NCBI GenBank assembly: GCA_964016885.1 | Contig: OZ024744.1 | Coordinates: forward strand, 40,796,001 to 40,860,000 | Length of the DNA: 64,000 bases | DNA from: Eledone cirrhosa | Taxonomy: Eukaryota | Direction: 5' to 3' | Part shown: positions 13,168 through 23,563 of the stretch, piece by piece | Layout of the letters: every line of letters begins with the position of its first letter | How positions within the stretch are numbered: position 1 is the first letter of the stretch | Notes under the pieces: model-generated | What the model was told of the DNA's origin: nothing | Database searches by the model: none | What the model saw: only the letters and a program-made list of their open reading frames with translations | Program-made: the position numbers and the translations under genes

Positions 13168-14832
13168 TCGGGTGGAGAATCCTTGGGAGGCGTGAAGATC
13201 AAAGAGGACTCTTCCAGGGAGATAGTTTGTTCCCTCTGCTCATTGTCCTTGCCCTGATACCCCTGACCATTATACTGTGAAAAGTGAGAGCAGGTTACAA
13301 GTTGGGAAAGGGAGAGCTTACCATCAACCACCTCCTCTTCATGGACGATCTTAAACTCTTTGAGAAGAGTGAGAAGGAGTTGGATGTGCTTGTTGACACA
13401 GTCCGTATTTTCAGCAATGATATATGTATGCAATTTGGTATTAGTAAGTGTGGAGTCCTTGTGATGACGAGGGGTAAGTTGAGCAGAAGCAACGGAATCC
13501 AGGTACCAACAGGTAAGATGATAAAGAAAATTGACACTGAAGAAGGATACAAATATTTAGGTGTTCTGGAGGCAGATGACATCAAGAACAAAAAAATGAA
13601 GGAATTGATAAGATCTGAGTACATTCGGAGAGTAAGGAGCGTATTAAAGTCACATCTGAACAGTAGGAATGCCATAAGTGCAGTAAATTCCCGAGCTGTG
13701 TCTATTAGTAGGTACATTGTGGGAATTCTGAAATGGAATGTTGCTGAACAAAACAAAATGGATAAGACGACTAGGAAGCTATTGACTATCTACAGCATGT
13801 CTCGCAAGAGGTGTGATGTCGATAGACTCTACTTAAAGTGATCTGAAGGTGGAAGAGGTCTTATCAGCATAGAGGACAGTGTTCAGATGGGGAAAAACAA
13901 CCTGCACAAGTATGGGACTGACAGTAGGGAGCCAATGCTTACAATTGTACTGAAGAAGAAGACAACAGCCAAGGGATGTAAAAGGAGGAAATAACAACAA
14001 GGAGGAAGAGCAACCTTCAGGAAAAATCCCTTCATAGTACCTTCTTTAAGAAAACAGAATTTAGAGATCCTCAGAGATGGAACTGGTTAAAAAGAGGAAA
14101 CCTTCAAAAAGCTACAGAAGGAATGCTAATGGCTGGACAAGAGCAAGCCCTCAGGACAAAGTGGGTGAAACACCATATTTACAAGGAGGCTAGCTGTGGG
14201 GAGAGAGAGGAGACTGTGGCTCACATTGTATCCGAGTGTAAACATCTAGCCCAGACTCACTATAAGGGCTGGAGATATGATGTGATAGGCAGGGTGATCC
14301 ACTGGCACCTATGTAAAGTAAATAATTTACCACATTCTGAGAAGTGGTATGAGCATAAGCCAGAGTCGGTGATAGAAAACGATCAGGTGAAGGTGCTATG
14401 GGATTTTAGGATACAGACGGACAAGAAATAAGAATACAATAGGCCTGACCTGGTGGTTTTTGACAAGGAAAAAAGATCGTGCCTGATTGTAGATGTAGCC
14501 TGCCCATTTGACACAAGAGTGCAAGAAAAGGAGAGGGAGAAAATTAACCGATACCAGGATTTAAAGTGGGAGTTAAAAAGGATTTGGAACTGCCATGAAA
14601 TCAAGGTCGTCCCGATTGTCATAGGCGCACTAGGTACTATCTCAAAGAGTTTTCAAGGATGGTTAAAGAAGATTAGTCCAGCCCTGCTTTTAGGAACACT
14701 TCAAAAGGCATGCTTGCTGGGAACAGCAAGAACCCTCCGATACGTCCTGAATATCTGAGGCTGCAAGTAGTGGCTTGATATTCATTCCAACAAACTTTCC
14801 AGTTAAATAACATCAATGACTGAGACTCAAGA
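13168..14832 (+). mobile_element. 5'-truncated R4/Dong family A copy
   Basis: RT-thumb-CCHC-RLE fragments (ORFs 13284, 14123, 14453). Starts directly after the preceding TAA tail. Confidence 0.9.
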
Positions 14833-14909
14833 ACAATAATAATGATAATAAATGTTTATTTTATCAACCCCGTAAAGATGAAAGGCAAAGTTAACCTATA
14901 ATAATAATG

Positions 14910-16480
14910 GTTTCATTTATTGGCAACAAGGGCCAACATATAGAGGACAATACAATAGACGACGACAGTGGGGGTTTTACATCATGTAAAAAATAAGAAA
15001 ACAATAACAATAAACAAGAAAAATACGACAATGAAAAATTCCCCAATAGTGGGGGGATGACCACCCAGGGTTGTTTCAGGTACCCACCAATCCTGAATCA
15101 CCCAATGTTTTAAGGGTACCCAAGAAGGGCACCCCTCTCCTACTCAAATTCACCAGCTTACAGGCGAATGATCAGAGTAGGCCCTCTCACATGGGCCATT
15201 TTCGCCACATTCACCCACTTTTCAGCAAATGTCCTGCGGGGCAGCACTTCTATCTCTACCCTCCCCTCCTTTCCAAGTGAAATTTGAAGAAGTTGATGAG
15301 GGATTGGCCGAAGAGAAAAGTGCTTGTCTTCAATCCTTTCAATCTGGTCCACCTTACCTCTTTCGTAACTGCCACCAGACAGAGGAAAGTTGCCTGCCCT
15401 TCCTGGCCAAAAGAAGGCAGTGGGTCTATCTTTAATATGGACTTGGCCGATAGCCGGATCCGTTCTACATGCGACAATAGCTGTTCGACATGACTCCACA
15501 AGTCAGTAATGCACAGACATTGGACGAGTGCATGCAGAACGGTTTCGTCGCTCTGTGTGCATCTCGGGCAGGTCCGTCTGACAGCACTTCCGTGCCTGTA
15601 GAGTTTATCTTGAACCGGCAGTGTCCCCCAGTAGCACTGTGAAGTGAGGGATTTCTGGAAGTTATCCACCATCCCCGGCTTGAAAGTCCTCTGTAAAAGA
15701 CTGGTTAGTTCAACTTCATTGAAGCCCAAAGCCTCTCCGAGTGCATCATCACACTTGTCCACCACTAATCCTCTATAGAACTCGAGAGTGGAAGTTCCAC
15801 TGATTGCATTGCCCACTTGGTAGAGGGCAGTGAGTGCTTGGCAACATTCCAGGTGCCAGTCACCCAGTCTTAGTCTCTTCTTGACCCAGGACTGCAGCTC
15901 AGTCAAACAAATGAGCTGCGGAAAGAACCATCTGATAAACGGTGACCACACCTGTTCACCATTTAGGCAGAATATCTGGAGTGCCACAGCCTCAGTGCAT
16001 GTCTGCGCATCATTAGCCAAGGCATGCCCAGCCCTTTGCGTAGAGGGTGCTGGCAGCAGATGGACCGCCTCACCAACGGGACTTGTCCTCTCCACAAGAA
16101 TTTGAAGAGGAGCCGTTCCAACATGGCGAGGTGCGGACGGGGGCAATGCACGACGGTGAGGCGGTAGTAGATGACGGACGCAATGTACACCTTCGCCACC
16201 TCTGCACGAACTTTCAGTGATAGCTTCCTCGCAGCCCATTTTTGGGTGAGACTGGCTACTCTGCTCGTTACCTCATTCCAATTCTTTTCCACCTGGAGAT
16301 CTGATCCGAACCAAACCCCGAGCAACTTTACCAGTCCATCCATTCAGCTCCCCACGACACTGTTGGATGGCATGGACTTGCCTCTCCAGGTGCTGAGCTG
16401 CAAGCCCACCGACTTTTCCGGATTAAGTTTCGCCCCTGTCAACCTTTCACATTCCATCAATAAGGTGCCGACCACCTCAT
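14910..16480 (-). mobile_element. 5'-truncated L1/Tx1-clade LINE
   Basis: GAKLNPEKS, VKLLGVWFG, WAARKLSLK, LPVQDKL..CPRC..ETVLHALVQC. Related to 3572-5495. Confidence 0.85.
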
Positions 16481-16482
16481 AA

Positions 16483-17915
16483 TAGATAAGAAATGAAAAG
16501 GAAAAGGAAAAAGAAGAATATTTAATCAAACAGTTTTGTGTAAATATGATGAAATTCTTCTGTCATTTTGTTCATTCCTCCAGGGTGTGATGTTAATAAC
16601 CCACAAACATATCCCCCCTCATGTATTTTGAGTACCGAATGTGTAGCAGATTCAGAATATTTTCTGAGAATATGCACTTTCAAGTCTTTTTCAAAATTGC
16701 AGCCATTTGATGCAAAATGTTCAGCAAGTTCTGTCAAACTACTGCTATTGTGCCTGACATCATATCTGAACCCATTGAATCTTTTGTTTAATTGCTCTGT
16801 TGTACAACAAGATGTGTTTCGTGCATTCCGCTGCATACACCAAATGGGAATCTCTACACGTCCCACCTTCTGTGTTAATCATAACATTTCTGTTATAATT
16901 CCTGATGAAATTCACCTCACTCATGTTGTTGCACAATGAACAGGTCTTACCCCTCTTGTGGCTGTTTTTCAAGGTACAGCATGTAGATTCTCCAATGCTA
17001 GTTTTCTTAGAGTCAGAAGTATAGGTTAATAGTTCTCTTATATTTTTATTCCATCTAAAGACTACAATAGGCGGTTGAGGAAATATTTGTTTGAAACGAG
17101 GATATTTTTCCGCAGTATGCTGGTAAATTTCATTAACATTTTTGAAATGCCAGCGAAATTTCTGTGCCAGTTAATCACTAAAGAAATTCTGTCACATATT
17201 GTACTTTGTTTGTTAAGATTATACATGAAAGTTTGACTTTCTTTACTAATCTTAGCTATGTCATTTGCTATTTCCTTTAATCGTGATTCACTGTAACCAC
17301 ATTTGGCATAATGGTGTACAAAAGCATTTGCACGTTTCCAGTAATCCCCTATATCAGTACAAATCTGTTTTATCCTAAAATATTAGGGTTTGGGATTTGA
17401 CCAAATTATATGATGTGGATGATTGGAGTGGCGGTTGAGGTAAATATGGGATGATGTGGGCTTGCAAAATAACTGTCATTATTCTGCCTCCAGAAAACTT
17501 AACTTTTGTGTCCAAAAATTCAAAGCTAATTTTTGAAAAACCAGACATAAATTTTATGTTTGACTTAAAGCCATAGTTTTTAACATAACAGTCACAGAAA
17601 TGCTAGAAGTCAATTAAACTATTCTGTGATTCTTCCAAGACAAAAAAGACTTGAATTTACATAAAACTGTTTGATTAAATATTCTTCTTTTTCATTTTCT
17701 TTTTTTTCCTTCTCTTTTTTCCTCATGTGGATGCAGGTTCGCCTCGTTCATATTTTAGATTTGAATTTCTATAATTTTGAATTTTTATCACTTTTTATTT
17801 TGAACTCGACAAAGAAAGACTAACTGTCGAAATATTGTTCAATAAAATATCTATTGCAATCGCATCGCGCTCTTCGTATTGTCTATTTACCTTTGTGAAG
17901 AGTTACGTCAATCTT
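16483..17915 (-). mobile_element. Degraded Penelope-like element with inverted pLTR at its 5' side (17655-17915, + strand)
   Basis: GGTCRDSHLVYAAECTKH..., ELAEHF, (N)FLDTKV on the minus strand. 17655-17695 is the inverse of ~16505-16545. Confidence 0.75.
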
Positions 17916-17934
17916 TTTATAATAACAATAATAA

Positions 17935-18112
17935 TTGTTTCTACATTTGGTTCAAGGCCAGCAATTACCCTGTGCATTACTGGTACTTTATTTTATCGAC
18001 CCCATAAGGATGAAAGGCAAAGTTAACCTCGACGGGATTTGAACTCAGACCGTAAAGGGACGTAACTATGCTAGAAAGCATGGCGTCCAACCCTCTACTG
18101 ATACTGCCAATT
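17935..18112 (-). mobile_element. Nin/Deu-domain tRNA-SINE
   Basis: Reverse complement of the 2362-2488 family, including the head. Confidence 0.8.
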
Positions 18113-18137
18113 CACAATAATAATAATAACAATAATA

Positions 18138-18845
18138 ATACAGAAGGAATGCTAATGGCTGCACAAGAGCAAGCCCTCAGGACGAAGTGGGTCAAACACC
18201 ATATTTACAAGGAGGAGGCTAGCTCACTGAGTAGGATGTATGGGGAGAGAGAGGAGACTGTGGCTCACATTGTATCCGAGTGTAAACATCTAGCCCAGAC
18301 TCACTATAAAGGCTGGAGACATGATGTGATGGGCAGAGTGATCCACTGGCACCTATGCAAAGTAAACAATTTACCAAAGTCAGTGATAGAAAACGATTAG
18401 GTGAAGGTACTGTGGGATTTTAGGATACAGACGGACAAGAAATTAGAACACAATAGGCCTGACCTGGTGGTTTTTGACAAGGAAAAAAGATCGTCCCTGA
18501 TTGTAGATGTAGCCTGCCCATTTGATACGAGGGTGCAAGAAAAGGAGAGGGAGAAAATTAACCGATACCAGGACTTAAAGTGGGAGTTAAAAAGGATTTG
18601 GAACTGCCATGAAATCAAGGTCGTCCCGATTGTCATAGGCACACTAGGTACTATCTCAAAGAGTTTCCAAGGATGGTTAAAGAAAGTTAGTCCAGCCCCG
18701 CTTTTTGGAACACTTCAAAAGGTATGCTTGCTAGGAACAGCAAGAACCCTCCGATACGTCCTGAATATCTGAGGCTGCAGGTAGCGGCTTGATATTCATT
18801 CCAACAAACTTTCCAGTTAAATAACATCAATGACTGAGACTCAAA
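18138..18845 (+). mobile_element. 5'-truncated R4/Dong family A copy in a (TAA)n tract
   Basis: EGMLMAAQEQ...RYVLNI, with TAA repeats on both sides. Confidence 0.9.
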
Positions 18846-18886
<41 letters not shown>

Positions 18887-18887
18887 T

Positions 18888-21800
18888 AAATGGAAGAAGA
18901 AGAACCCCCCCCCCCCCCCCCCTCCTCTCCTCTGGCTACACTATATAGGACAGCTAAACTCACCAACACCAGAAACTAGATACACCACCCACCCCATCAT
19001 CTGTGTACACTAAACACAACAGCATTTTCACCTTCACCGCCACCGCTCACTACGGCCATCATTACTACCACTATCCCATCACCGCCGCCACCACCCCTTG
19101 ACTCCTTCACTGCTGCTGCCACCGCTACAGCACCATCACTACAGTAATACGGCTCAAATATTCAAATATTCAACTTTGTATTGTACACTGTATATCCAAA
19201 AAAAAATAAAATGGCTATAAATGGAAGAAGAAGAACCCCCCCCCTCCTCTCCTCTGGCTACACTATATAGGACAGCGAAACTCACCAACACCAGAAACTA
19301 GATACACCACCCACCCCATCATCTGTGTACACTAAACACAACAGCATTTTCACCTTCACCGCCACCGCTCACTACGGCCATCATTACCACCACTATCCCA
19401 TCACCGCCGCCACCACCCCCTGACTCCTTCACTGCTGCTGCCACCGCTACAGCACCATCACTACAGTAATACGGTCGCATCACCGCCACCACTGCCTCGG
19501 TATCGACATCACCACCACCACTGTCTCAGTATCGCCAACGCCGCCAGTCTCTGCTGGCTACCACTTCCACATTATAGAATTCCTACTACTAACAAAGAGG
19601 AAGGCATCAAAATATATAGATAGACTCAAAAGAAAAAAGAAAAAACAAACAACAAAAGCAGCACAGCAACAACAGTAAAAAACGAGAAAAACAGAGAAAA
19701 ACAAAAACAAAAAAAGAAACCCCAAAAACGTAAAGAAAATAAGAATGAAGAGAGAAGCAGGCGGACGGACAGAGAAGAGGGGGGAAAAAGTAAAACTTAA
19801 AAAACAAAAACTAAGTCAGACATTCGAATACTACATTACAATGAAACTTATGCTTATTCATTTTTGGGGCCCTTTCTGCCCGTGTGTTTGTTTGTTTATG
19901 TGTGTCCGTATACAGCGTGGTGATAATGCCACACAAGGGTCAAGTGGGATGGCGGATCCACAGATGGCTATGTAAACATACATTCGCCAATCCTCGATAA
20001 GAGTGTTTAAATATCGAACATAAACAGTTCGAATAACGGTGAAATGGAGACTAGAACGTCATGTGACAGACTCTCACCCAACAGGTGCCCCCTGGCTCAG
20101 CAGCAGGAACCTGACTGTCAACCAAATACTGCTGAAGTTGGAGGAAGAAGAAGAAGGAAAGGGGCCAGAACCAACTGGACGAAAGAATTGAATAGAACTG
20201 TTATGCAATGCTACCTGAAAAGTAACCCCAAGGAGAGGGGCTACAGGAGACGGATGCATAACATCTGGAACGAGATTGGTTTATTTAAATTAGATGAACA
20301 AAAATTGGCCGGGCAGGCTCGGGTAATAAGAACTAATGGGTGGATAAGCGAGCTGGAACTGGAGGAACTGAGCAGAGAGAATGGCTTGGAGATGGCGGGT
20401 GTAGTATGCCAGACAAGCGAGCCGGCGGGAAATGAAGGTGAGGAGGTCCTGAGAACGGAGGAACCACCCGAAGCAGACAATGATCTGAATACTGAGATAA
20501 ATAATACCTGGAACAGAGATACGGCCACTGAGGAGATGAATGCTGACGGGCTAGGACAAGATTCGGTTGACATCCTAAATTTAGTGGTAGATGAGTTGAA
20601 CAATGATAGTGGGAGACCTATGAACCTAAGATTTGTAGACAGGAAAAAGTTAAAAGAAACAACAGCTAAGGTAAACAAAGTCATCCCATACCTTGAGGCG
20701 AGGAGTCTTCACCAGTGCAACAATATCCTCAAAGCAACAGCAAATACGGTGAGGAAACTACTTGGTATAAAAGCGAGAGGAAACAACAGACAAGAAAGAG
20801 CAGAGCCGTGGTGGAAGAAGCGACTGAGTGGGCAAATCGGGGAAATGAGAAATGACATAGGAAAGCTTGAGTCACTACTGAATGGGACACTAAAAAACAT
20901 AGGCACTAAAAATAGACTGGAAATAAAATACAAAACTAGGAGTAAAAAGCTAAATATTATCATAGAGGAATTGAAGCAACGCATTGTAGCAAAGAGTGCC
21001 AAAATCAGGCGATACGAGAACAGAGTCAGTCAGTATAAACAGAACCGCATGTTCGACAACAACCAGAAGATGCTGTTTGGACAGCTTGAGGGGAAAGAAA
21101 GAGGCAACGACTTGATCCCTGGGGCGGAACAAGCTAAAACATTCTGGAGAGGAATATGGGAGCAGGATGTTAGACACAATGCCCAGGCAGGGTGGATTGA
21201 GACAGTACAGAGGGAGATCGGTGAGCAGGCACAGCAACAGACTGATTTGAGTATCACAGTTGAAACTCTTAAGGGGCAAGCCAAAAAACTAACCAACTGG
21301 AAATCACCAGGCCCAGATGGTGTGCAGGGGTATTGGATTAAACATTTAACATCCCTCCACCCGAAGCTGACGGCCATGTTCAATGACTGCTTGGTGTCGG
21401 GTGAGGTGCCAGAGTGGTTGACAAAAGGTACCACAGTTCTGATAATGAAAGACCGAATCAAGGGTAATGATGTTACCAACTATAGACCTATCACATGTCT
21501 GCCCGTAATGTGGAAACTGTTGACGAGCATTGTGTCTGAGGAAATCTACCATCACCTCCACACAAACAACTTGTTGCCGGACGAACAGAAAGGATGCCGA
21601 AAGAAGTCACGTGGTACAAAGGACCAGTTGCTTATTGATAAGATGGTAATGGGGAATTGCAGGAGGAGACACACTGATCTTGCCATGGGATGGATAGACT
21701 ACAGAAAGGCATTTGACATGGTGCCTCATTCCTGGATCACCAAAAGCCTGGAGATCTTCAGGGTGGCAGATAACATCAGACAGTTGCTGGGCAGGAGTAT

Positions 21801-23510
21801 GGGGTCCTGGGAGACAGAGTTGACATCAACTGGAGTATCCTTGGGAAGCGTGAAGATCAAGAGAGGTATCTTCCAGGGAGATAGCCTGTCCCCTCTGTTG
21901 TTTGACCTTGCCCTGATGCCCTTGACCATTATGCTGCGAAAAGTGAGAGCAGGATACAAGTTGGGAAGGGGAGAGCTTACCATCAATCACCTCCTCTTCA
22001 TGGACGATCTTAAGCTCTTCGGGAAAAGTGAGAAGGAGTTGGATGTGCTTGTTGACACTGTCCGTATTTTCAGCAGTGATATATGTATGCAGTTTGGTAT
22101 TGGTAAATGTGGAGTCATTGTGATGAGGGGGGGTAGGTTGAGCAGAAGTAACGGGATCCAGATACCAACAGGTGAGATGATAAAGGAAATTGACTCTGAG
22201 GAAAGATACAAGTATTTGGGCGTTCTGGAGGCTGATGGCATAAAGAACAAAAAAATGAAGGAATTGTTAAGAACTGAATACATTCGGAGAGTAAGGAGCG
22301 TATTGAAGTCACATCTGAACAGCAGAAATGCCATAAGCGCAGTAAATTCCCGAGCTGTGTCTATTATTAGGTACAGTGCGGGAATTCTGAGATGGAATGT
22401 TGCTGAACAAAAAGAAATGGATAGGAAGACTAGGAAGCTATTGACTATCTACAACATGTTCCACAAGAGGAGTGATGTCGATAGACTCTACCTAAGGAGA
22501 TCTGAGGGTGGAAGAGGTCTTATCAGCATAGAGGACTGTGTTCAGATGGAGAAAAACAACCTATACAAATACGTGACCTATAGTAAGGAGCCAATGCTCA
22601 GAGCTGTACTGAAGGAGGGGACAGTAGGCCAGGGGATACCCAAGGAGGAAATAACATCAAGGAGGAAGAGCAGCCTTAAGGGAAAATCCCTTCATAGTAC
22701 CTTCTTTGAGAAAACTGAATTTAGAGATCCACAGACATGGAACTGGTTGAGAAGAGGAGACCTCAAAAAGGCTACAGAAGGAATGCTAATGGCTGCGCAG
22801 GAGCAGGCCCTCAAAACGAAGTGGTTGAAGCACCATATCTACAAGGAGGAGGCTAGCCCACTGTGCAGGATCTGTGGAGAGAGAGAGGAGACTGTGGCTC
22901 ACATTGTGTCCGAGTGTAAACACCTAGCCCAGACCCACTATAAGGGCTGGAGACACGATGTGATGGGCAGGGTGATCCACTGGCACCTGTGCAAAGTAAA
23001 CAATCTACCACATTCTGAGAAATGGTATGAGCATAGGCCAGAGGCTGTGATGGAGAACAGTCAGGTGAAGGTGCTGTGGGATTTTAGGATACAGACGGAC
23101 AAAAAACTGGAACACAATAGACCTGACCTGGTGGTTGTGGACAAAGAAAAAAGATCGTGCCTGATTGTGGATGTGGCCTGCCCGTTCGACACGAGAGTGC
23201 AAGAGAAGGAGAGGGAGAAAATTAACCGATACCAGGACCTAAAGTGGGAGGTGAAAAGGATTTGGAACTGCCATGAAGTCAAAGTGATCCCGATTGTCAT
23301 AGGCGCACTGGGGACTATCTCCAAAGGTTTCCAGGGATGGTTAAAGAAAATCGGCCCCTTCACGCTTTTTGGAACGCTTCAAAAGGCATGCTTGCTTGGA
23401 ACGGCAAGAACCCTCCGATACGTCCTGAATATCTGAGGCTGCAGGTAGTGGCTTGATATTCAATCCAACGGACTTTCCAGTTAACCAACATCAATGACTG
23501 AGATTCAAGG
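18888..23510 (+). mobile_element. Full-length R4/Dong family A element with long 5' UTR
   Basis: Bounded by (TAA)n at 18848-18885 and 23511-23562. Single intact ORF. 5' UTR shared with 23720-25195. Confidence 0.9.
20044..23436 (+). CDS. R4/Dong-clade reverse transcriptase with CCHC finger and restriction-like endonuclease (1130 aa, intact)
   Basis: KSPGPDG, YRPITCL, QGDSLSP, FMDD, YKYLG, CRIC..H..C, RHD, RPD..VDVACP..EK motifs. Confidence 0.95.
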   Translation: METRTSCDRLSPNRCPLAQQQEPDCQPNTAEVGGRRRRKGARTNWTKELNRTVMQCYLKSNPKERGYRRRMHNIWNEIGLFKLDEQKLAGQARVIRTNGWISELELEELSRENGLEMAGVVCQTSEPAGNEGEEVLRTEEPPEADNDLNTEINNTWNRDTATEEMNADGLGQDSVDILNLVVDELNNDSGRPMNLRFVDRKKLKETTAKVNKVIPYLEARSLHQCNNILKATANTVRKLLGIKARGNNRQERAEPWWKKRLSGQIGEMRNDIGKLESLLNGTLKNIGTKNRLEIKYKTRSKKLNIIIEELKQRIVAKSAKIRRYENRVSQYKQNRMFDNNQKMLFGQLEGKERGNDLIPGAEQAKTFWRGIWEQDVRHNAQAGWIETVQREIGEQAQQQTDLSITVETLKGQAKKLTNWKSPGPDGVQGYWIKHLTSLHPKLTAMFNDCLVSGEVPEWLTKGTTVLIMKDRIKGNDVTNYRPITCLPVMWKLLTSIVSEEIYHHLHTNNLLPDEQKGCRKKSRGTKDQLLIDKMVMGNCRRRHTDLAMGWIDYRKAFDMVPHSWITKSLEIFRVADNIRQLLGRSMGSWETELTSTGVSLGSVKIKRGIFQGDSLSPLLFDLALMPLTIMLRKVRAGYKLGRGELTINHLLFMDDLKLFGKSEKELDVLVDTVRIFSSDICMQFGIGKCGVIVMRGGRLSRSNGIQIPTGEMIKEIDSEERYKYLGVLEADGIKNKKMKELLRTEYIRRVRSVLKSHLNSRNAISAVNSRAVSIIRYSAGILRWNVAEQKEMDRKTRKLLTIYNMFHKRSDVDRLYLRRSEGGRGLISIEDCVQMEKNNLYKYVTYSKEPMLRAVLKEGTVGQGIPKEEITSRRKSSLKGKSLHSTFFEKTEFRDPQTWNWLRRGDLKKATEGMLMAAQEQALKTKWLKHHIYKEEASPLCRICGEREETVAHIVSECKHLAQTHYKGWRHDVMGRVIHWHLCKVNNLPHSEKWYEHRPEAVMENSQVKVLWDFRIQTDKKLEHNRPDLVVVDKEKRSCLIVDVACPFDTRVQEKEREKINRYQDLKWEVKRIWNCHEVKVIPIVIGALGTISKGFQGWLKKIGPFTLFGTLQKACLLGTARTLRYVLNI

Positions 23511-23522
23511 AATAACAATAAC

Positions 23523-23562
<40 letters not shown>

Positions 23563-23563
<1 letters not shown>

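Noticed and set aside
17805-17845. Hammerhead in inverted pLTR
   Set aside because: Core CUGANGA is mutated (ctcgacaaa); only stem II and GAAA remain.
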